Below, one piece after another: positions 55,951 through 64,000 of a stretch of 64,000 bases of DNA. Where the stretch lies: NCBI RefSeq assembly GCF_009914755.1, contig NC_060930.1. One strand, written 5' to 3'. The notes under the pieces were generated by a model. The model made no database searches. It was not told the DNA's origin and worked only from the letters and a program-made list of their open reading frames with translations. Positions within the stretch are counted from its first letter, which is position 1, and the number at the start of each line of letters is the position of its first letter. This stretch comes from the human T2T-CHM13v2.0 reference genome, Homo sapiens. Made by a program: the position numbers and the translations under genes.

Positions 55951-58900
55951 TTTCTTCCTTTTTCCTCTGCAAGGTATAGAGAACAATTGTGAAGAGCTAC
56001 TCAAATGGTTGCAAGTCTTAAGATTTCAGACACGCATGTCCAACAGTAGGAAAATAATTGGTTAGTCATTAATATCATGACTACTCTGTGCATGCCCATT
56101 ATTTTTCTGTCTCTACAGTTGAAACAGACACAAATGGATTTGGCAAAATTCAAATTTGTATAATCAGTATCAGCATACACTGCTAAATATACCTTTAAAT
56201 AACCAATTTGAATGTTTCAAAAATGAAGAGCAGGGTAGGCTTGGACCTACCCAAAAAATGCCTGTTCATAATTATTTTAAAAACAAGAATGGTATCATTC
56301 ATGGTTTAAGTATTACTTTAGCTTCATTTTACAAGTATAAGCCTGTGAAAAACTCAACTTTCTCAATACTGCTAATGCTGTAAACTTAAAAAATAAAAGT
56401 TATTTCACTCATTTCCATACTTATGATATTTTGGGAGTCAGAACTTGACAAAATTAGAAATTTCAGGGCCAGAACAGGGCTAACAAAACAGAGGCTGAGC
56501 TGGCAGAAGCAAGATAAATCAAATCATTCTTCTCCAGACATCTAATAATCCACTTAGTGACATTTTAAATTGGCTTATACTCTCTGACTCTTGCCCACCA
56601 CCAAAACCATATCTTAAATATTTTTTTGATCACATTATTTTACATGTTTACCTTTTTAAAAGGTTGTGGACTTTGACAGAAGCCTTTTAAAATACCATAA
56701 AAATGTATCATCATTCTGCGTTGTTGTTGAAAAATGATAGAAGGCTAAAAATCCACACACACAATAAGTAACAGCTCTTTATATGCATCTTTATACATAT
56801 ATATCATTTTATTTCTATTAACTGGGATATACCCATATAAAAATTTTTGCTAATAAGATGCATGCATATATTTCCTATTCAAGTGACAATTCCACCCTGA
56901 ATAAATGGAGGGGAGTGCCGTTCTTCACCATCTGCCATCTTCCAGCTGCTCACCTGAATCACAGATATCTAGGAGATATATAGATTTCTTTCTATAATTA
57001 TCCAACTAAGAAAATCACAATAAAGGTTCTGAATTTGGTTTTACCTTCAAAGTAAATTTAAACTGTTGGATATTTCATTTAGGAATTGTGTTCTAAAATC
57101 AGAAGTATTCCAGAAACTTCTGACTGTTGTTCCTCAAAAGAAAATATAATTGAATTAAAGATTAAACTTCCAATTAAACTAAAGATTAGATGTTAACAAT
57201 GAACACTAAACATGGGGGAGGGGGGCTCAGATAATTTTTTTTTCTGATGAGAAAGTGGCCATACAAAAAAGAATTCAAAGGGCCAAAAAGGGGCATCTGA
57301 AGCATATGAATAAAATCAAGACTTTTGAATCCTGCTACTACCACCATTCCTTCATCTCTTCTCACATATCATCAAACAGAGAAATAACAGGAAATGCAAG
57401 TACACCATTTTTTTTGTAATTTAACAGCAGTCTTTAAGGATTTATCTGATAAATTTTATATTATATATTTCCTGTTTCCTTTGTTATGTCACTTTTAATG
57501 TATCTTGACTGCCACTAAGATAACTTTGGTTAAGTAGAATAAATAATACCTTTTATTTTAAATACATATTTTAAAAACATTTAATGTTTAAGCCACAACT
57601 GAGTCATCATGTTAAACCTTCACTTGAAATCAATTTATAATTAATTACTCTATATTTGCATTTTATAAAACAAAGCCTTATTTTACGTGTATATATATAG
57701 AAGACATTTGAGAACACTCATGTAACATGGAGAATAATTTTAAAACAAGCAATTTATTTGACTAGTGACCAAAAAAACTTAGAAGCCTAGACTATTTAGA
57801 AGCCACTTCATAGCTCTTGGCTGCCCATGACTGTGCCAATTGGTTCCTGATTAGGGTCTTGCTACTATTGAATATTTATAATGAACATATATATCTTAAC
57901 TGTATACAGGCTAAGGAGCTTGGATTTTATTGTGATATGATTTGAAATTATTTATAAAATGGTTTTAAGAAAGAATAACAAGAGTGGAGTACAGACTAGA
58001 AGAGGAGATTGAAAGTAGAAAGAGGTTTACCAAGTTAGAAGACTATACAACTGGAAAAAATGAGCTCAGGGATGGGAAGAAAAAAGTTGGGATCTGTGAG
58101 ATTTTTAGGATTTAAAATCCTAATGTTTTATCGTCAGATGGAATACATACACGTAAAAAGATTTCGGAAACTAATGAAATACATCCAAATAAATGGGAAG
58201 GCAGAAAAAATGAAGATATATAATAAAAACCAAAGTTGTATATTTATATTAAAATTTAACAAGTGGCATACAGTTAAATCAATGTTTTGTTAAATCTCAC
58301 TGGGAGATTTAGGTAAAGGGGAAGAGAACTGATGAATGTCAAAACTCACAGAAATTTTGAAGGACACAGTTTTCTTATACTTTAAGAATACACAAACTGT
58401 ATCAGGTTAATAAAGATATTTGCCAGATATTTTGCACTTAAGAATAAGTTTCAGAGTAACCATTTTTAAGAACAAGTATAATCTGTGTTGAGCTCTGGTT
58501 ATATTTAAATAAGTTTAAAGCATTTCCAAGGTGCTAAAATATATATTTGCCTTTTAAGAAAGAATGCTACTAATTTCATTTTATTACTAATTGGCCATAT
58601 AACACTCATTAAAAGGGAGTACAAGGTAAGTATTAGCATATAAAATGTAGAAATGGTATAATCACAATCTGTATAAGTGAACTCTAAATTACTGAGACTT
58701 ACTATCTGCTGGTTGTAATTGTCCAAGGATAGTCAGATATAAAGCAATTGTCTTCTATTACTTTAACTTTTGATAAAATAAAAGTAGTTTAAACGGATAT
58801 ACTAGAAAATATTAAAGACAGAAAACTGAGATTTAGTTGAGTCTGACACTAATTTACTATGAGACCCTTGAGGTAATTCATTTAGCTTCTAAATATCAGT

Positions 58901-59949
58901 TTCTTTGTAAGTGACATACAGATATGTGTGGTATATGGTGCTAGATCAAATTTCTGGGAATTTAGAGAGAAATTTGCATTTGAAAGAAAAGAAAAGACTG
59001 ATGTTTTCAGAGTTAGCCACCTTAAGCAATAATCTGTGAGTAGCTGAGAAGTTTCACAAAATTATTTAGGTTGGCTTTGGTGTAGATACTGGAGAACTTA
59101 GAAAGCATACAGCTAATCAACTTTACTATACTATTTTAGTTAAACTTCTATCAACACAACCGCAATGTCACCTAGAAAAAGAACCTCAACATCAGGAGAC
59201 TTTCTAGATCCCCAGCAACATCCAAGAAAAATGATGCTCTGATCAATACTCAATTTTCCAGTCTGCATCGCAATCTTGATTGACAATAGACATAATACAT
59301 CAGGCTATCTAAGCTAGATACCAGCCAATAAGATCACTGAGGCCCTCTTTCTAACTTCATGTTTACCTAGACATTGTATGACTATAAATTTGATTTTCCA
59401 TGCAAATTCTTTCTCTCTGGTAATAATTCACTAACCTTGATCATCTAGTTTATTTAATAGTTAAACTTTCTAGGGTAAATTAATTAGCTGCCATTTGGGT
59501 GACATTAGATTCTTGGGCTGTTCTCTGTTCAGTCATATGAAGCTAAATATAGATGCTGGAGACCAAAGTATGGCACTTCTTAGAAATAGTTCGATCTCAT
59601 CACCTACTATTGTGCTACACATCTTATGGGTTTACTATAATCAAATCAAATGAGGTTATCAACACAAACTTCTTATTTGTCAAATAAAAGATTAGAAATG
59701 TATAGTATTTAACCACAAAAAAAATTTTAACCTGTTGAAAACATAGCTTACTGGTTCAAGATAACAGACTTAGCACAGTCATTTGTTTCTTATCCTTCTC
59801 AGGACCTCATTACTGTTCTAGTATAGGAATAAAGCCAGGAGCAATCCTTTATCAGCAAAGAGAATGGAAGTAGAACCATCAGCTGATGAGAGGTTCCAAC
59901 AATAATCCAGAAGATGGAAGGCCACATTTAAAAGGTCTCCAGTAAAACA

Positions 59950-61000
59950 GATGGTTTTCCTCCCATTTATTTTAAAATATAATATGAGGATCAAGAAGTC
60001 CCAGATGCATGCACAGAGTTACCAGCAATGACACTTCCCAGTTCCTGATATTTAAATACAAATTGGCATAAATGTGAATGGATCATCAAATATATGTAGA
60101 GAACAATCAACATGAGGGAAAAAGAAAACAAGATAAACAACTGCACTAGGATAACCAAAATTATAATTTTACTTAAAGGAAACTATTAAGAAAAATATTT
60201 ACTATCTTCAGGTATTAAAGATATTACATCCATAAAATAAGGACGCTTGAAAAGAACAATCAGAACAACAAAATACTCAGGAAAATAACAATTTATCATA
60301 TGAAATTAAAATTCATAATATGGTTGACAAAGCTGAATACATACCAAAGAACATAGAGTAAATGGTAGGCAGAAAATATGAAAATGAGATAATACAAACA
60401 ATCAATTGAAGATATTCAATAAATAATAAAAAAGAATTCCCCAAAGAGAAAATAGAAAATAGAAAGAAACCATGAAGTACCTTCAGAAGAAAAAATAAAC
60501 TGGCATTAGATTTCTTACCAGTTAAAATGAAAGTAGGAGATAATATAATGCCTTTAAAGTTGTAAGAGGAAATGACTTCTCATGCAGAATTCTAAGCACA
60601 GCCAAACTATCCATTAATTGTGAGGACAGAATACTTTTCAGATATATAAGCACTTTTCAGATATGTATTTCATATAAAGAATTTTATTTTTTACCCTAGT
60701 AAAACTAAGGGCTTGGGAGAATTCACCAAGAAAGAAGATATGATTTACAATGCATCGGAAGTCTAATGGACAGAAATTGTAGCATTATAATATATAATTA
60801 TGATTTGTAAAGCTGAGCAGCAGAATCAGAAAAGAATTAATCCAAATAAAAACAGGAAATCAGTAGGTTCCCAGAAGGAAGTTTTCAGGTCAATACAATG
60901 GGTTTCATCCAACAGATAAAGTGAGCAAGAAGCTAGAAAATATTAGGCATACTAACATCTTATGTTACTTTAATAATACTATTTAAAAAGAGAAAAGACA
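59950..61000 (+). mobile_element. Decayed L1M/HAL1-like ORF1 region
   Basis: actggcattagatttctt, aatgcctttaaag and agaattctaagcacagccaaactatc. Confidence 0.55.
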
Positions 61001-61507
61001 AAGGAACAAATTTTAAAATGTGGTTCAATTCTACAAATGTTTAAGGGAGACAAAGATATATTTTCTTATTCTCAAGGAACTTACATTTCTATAAAAAGTA
61101 GAATAGAGATAAGATATATGAAGACTATACATTGAGAGAGAATAAGGTAACGTTATAAAAAGTATAAATGCTATGGGAATTCAAAGGAAAAAAGAGAGAA
61201 CACACATGTTTGGAGATTGAAAAAAGAAGGTTGAGTTAGAAATTAACCTTGTAAGAAGATCCGGATTCTGACTGATGAAAATGGGAGGGGTAGGGCGAAG
61301 ATTTTTTGTGATATTTCAAAAACAAATCATTGAAAAGCAAAGGTAGATAAGAATCTGGCCATGTCCGAACATGTATGAAAAAAAGCTAGAGACTTGTAAG
61401 CGTTAAATAGTAGTAGTCCTTAAATCCTAGACTGAATTTATCAGATGATGTGAGGGGAGCACTTACAGTTTTTACTAGAGAAATGGCATTATCAGCATAC
61501 TTTGGAA

Positions 61508-61965
61508 GAGTGGTTTCCACAGTGTGGTTCCCAGACCAGAAAATTCTAGGGTCCCACCTCAGATCCACTAAATCAAAAACTTTGGGTCAGGCGTGGTGGC
61601 TCATGCCTGTAACCCCAGCACTTTGGGAGGCTGAGGCGGGCAGATCACCTGAGGTCAGGAGTTCAGGACCAGCCTGGGCAACATGGTGAAACCCTGTCTC
61701 TACTAAAAATACAAAAATTAGTTGGGCATGGTGGCACGTGCCTGTAATCCCAGCTACTCAGGAGGCTGAGGCAGGAGAATTGTTGGAACCCGGGAGGCAG
61801 AGGCTGCAGTGAGCCGAGATCACATCACTGCACTCCAGCCTGGGTGACAAGCGAGGCTCCGTCTCAAAAACAAACAAACAAACAAAAACACACACACAAC
61901 TTTGCAATCTCGGTTTCACAAATCTTCCAAGTGATTTTGATGCATGCGAAAGTTTGATAACCTTT
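61508..61965. mobile_element. MER5A-like hAT element, split by an Alu
   Basis: agtggtttccacagtgtgg...aaattctagggtcccacctcagatccacta...aagtgattttgatgcatgcgaaagtttga. Confidence 0.7.
61585..61895 (+). mobile_element. AluSx-like (antisense to LMBRD1)
   Basis: Full dimer with (AAAC)n/(AC)n tail; TSD aactttg. Confidence 0.92.
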
Positions 61966-62654
61966 CTTTTACTCTAAGTTAAGGTAAAATCACTAAAAGG
62001 TACAGTAATTTAAGGGAGACATGATGGAAAGGGGATGTAAGGGTCATTATGGCAAACAAAACAAAATAAAACAAGACAAAACAAAACAAAAAAACTCTGC
62101 AGCTCTTAGTAACTGATTAGGTGTGGAGAAGAAGCGAATAACTACTTTGAAGAATGTGGTAGTATAAGAAATACTTAAGTCAGTATAGTCCAAAGTCTTT
62201 ATCTAATAGTTTATACTATCTTCCCCAAGAGCTATTCATTATAAACATTCTTATAAATACATTACCAAAATAAGGCAAAGTTCTTTATATTAGTTTTACA
62301 TGATTAATAATTCTCGTTTAGAGTTCCCCATACATAGCTAACAGGTTAGCATCTTTATTTTTTCTTCCTTGACCTTGAGGTAACACCCTAACCTACATAC
62401 CACATCACAGCTACACACATGCTTTCATCCATAATGTTCAATAACCAGCTGCGGTGCTCAGAACCTAATAGGTTACACTATTAGTTCTCTATGAAGGAAT
62501 ATCCAGAACAAAACAAAGTCAAGTAGGCCCAAAGGAAAAAAGAAATGTATAACCTTAATAGGTACACATACATTTTAAAGATAATTATTATAGATATTAT
62601 CAAAATTAGAATGTGAAATATTAAACAAATACTTTCTAATTAAAACCCTTAAAA

Positions 62655-63565
62655 AACGGGCATCACCCCTGACTCCCTTCTCTCTCTGTCTCTCTCAAAC
62701 TATCAAGCAAATACTATTGGCTCTACCTTCAAAATATATCCAGATCCTGACCACTTTTTGCCACTGCCACTACCACCATAAGCTCTCCCTTGGATTATTG
62801 CAAAACGCTTCTGTCAACCTGCTTTTACCCTTGGCTCATTATGATCTGTATCACAGGTAGGCAAACTATGGCACGCAGGGCAAATCAAGCCTATCATTTG
62901 TAAGTTTTATTGAAACATAGCTACAGCCATCCCTTAAGTAATGTCTATGGCAGTTTTCATGCTGCAATGGAAGAGCTGAGTGGTTATCATAGACTACTGC
63001 ATGACCCACAAAGCCTGAAATATTTACTATCTGGCTATTTACAGAAAAAAGTTTCCAAGCCTTGGTCTATATACAACACAGTAGTCAGAGTGATCCTGTG
63101 AGAACATAAGTCACATCATGCCATTCCTCTGTTGACAATCTTCCAGATACTTTTCATTTGAAAGTAAAAGCTGATGTCCTTAAAATTATCTGCTTGCTAT
63201 TCCTCTACCTCCTCAAGCATACTCCTGCTGTGTACTTGCTGTTAACACTATCTACAATACTCCTCTCCAGATACTGTGTTTGCTCTTCACTTCTTTAAAG
63301 TCATGTCACCTTCCCAGTAAGAATTCCCTTTCTCCTGTACCTAAAATTTCAAACCATTCCTCCTTCTGAACACCAGTTAATCTCCTTTGGCACTTTATTT
63401 TTCTCCATAATACTTGTCACCTGACATATTTATTTGTCTGTCCCCTTATATTAAGTAAGCTCCATGGGGACAGGGATACTAGAGTGTTTTGTTCACTGCT
63501 GTATCCCTAGCACCTAGAATAGTACCTAGCACAGAGCAGACATCAACAAATATTTGTTAAATGAA
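62655..63565 (+). mobile_element. L2a, split by MER58A
   Basis: ttgttcactgctgtatccctagcacctagaatagtacctagcac...aaatatttgttaaatgaa terminus. Confidence 0.85.
62852..63064 (+). mobile_element. MER58A hAT element
   Basis: ggcaaactatggc...aaatatttactatctggc...acagaaaaaagttt; near-TSD atctgtat/gtctatat. Confidence 0.8.
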
Positions 63566-64000
63566 AAAGCACAAGAATAATAGATAAGTAAAATTAAATG
63601 ACCTATGTAATACTGGAAATTAAGACATTTATAAATTTATCTTAGAATTTCACGACTAACAGGATTGTGGTTCTCCGTATTACTAAAGAAGATATGTCAA
63701 TATATTCGAAAGGTGACTGAAATGCAACACAGTCATTACTTAATATTGTATTCCACAAATAAAGAGGGTAACTTTCTAAATAAAGCTATCAAAATTATCA
63801 AAATTCTAGTAGAGTTGATGACTTATATTAATCTTATAAGCTAAATCTAACTATCCTTAACTTTCTCACCCTCACTACCAAATTTTCAGACCATAAAACA
63901 AAAGGACCACGTAGTTTTTTTTAAAGGTCTCTGCCCCATGTTCTTCCGTCTAAAGAACCAGATGACCTACATTCTCCTGAAGAGGGTTATGTTCTTAGTT

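Larger units (their letters stand above)
52608..64000 (-). other. LMBRD1: LMBRD1 intron upstream of the penultimate exon (phase 1; runs beyond the window)
   Basis: Acceptor at 52608-52610; no further LMBRD1-like coding exon recognised up to 64000. Confidence 0.8.

Overview
This is human-like primate genomic DNA: AT-rich, CpG-poor and dense in Alu, L1, L2, MIR, LTR and DNA-transposon fossils. The only protein-coding content I can support is the last two coding exons of LMBRD1 (lysosomal cobalamin escort protein) on the minus strand at 52516-52607 and 52224-52337. They translate to ...DQCTVTRTYLFLHKFWFFSAAYYFGNWAFLG/VFLIGLIVSCCKGKKSVIEGVDEDSDISDDEPSVYSA*. Bases 52608-64000 are intronic, and ~1-50000 is the downstream intergenic flank. 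That flank holds a near full-length but dead L1PA15-like element (31079-37838) carrying an MLT2A1-like solo LTR, a duplicated 5'UTR segment and an RT-core deletion. ORF-track entries are repeat-derived or chance. I see no evidence for a new multi-gene system. The best leads are about RNA processing and retrotransposition: sense-oriented LTR poly(A) signals near LMBRD1, a candidate poison exon, an apparent L1-made retrocopy of an MLT1-terminated transcript, a 30-bp L1 insertion with a perfect TSD, and a ~90-nt hairpin. Subfamily names come from recalled consensus features, not from an alignment run, and old-repeat boundaries are approximate.
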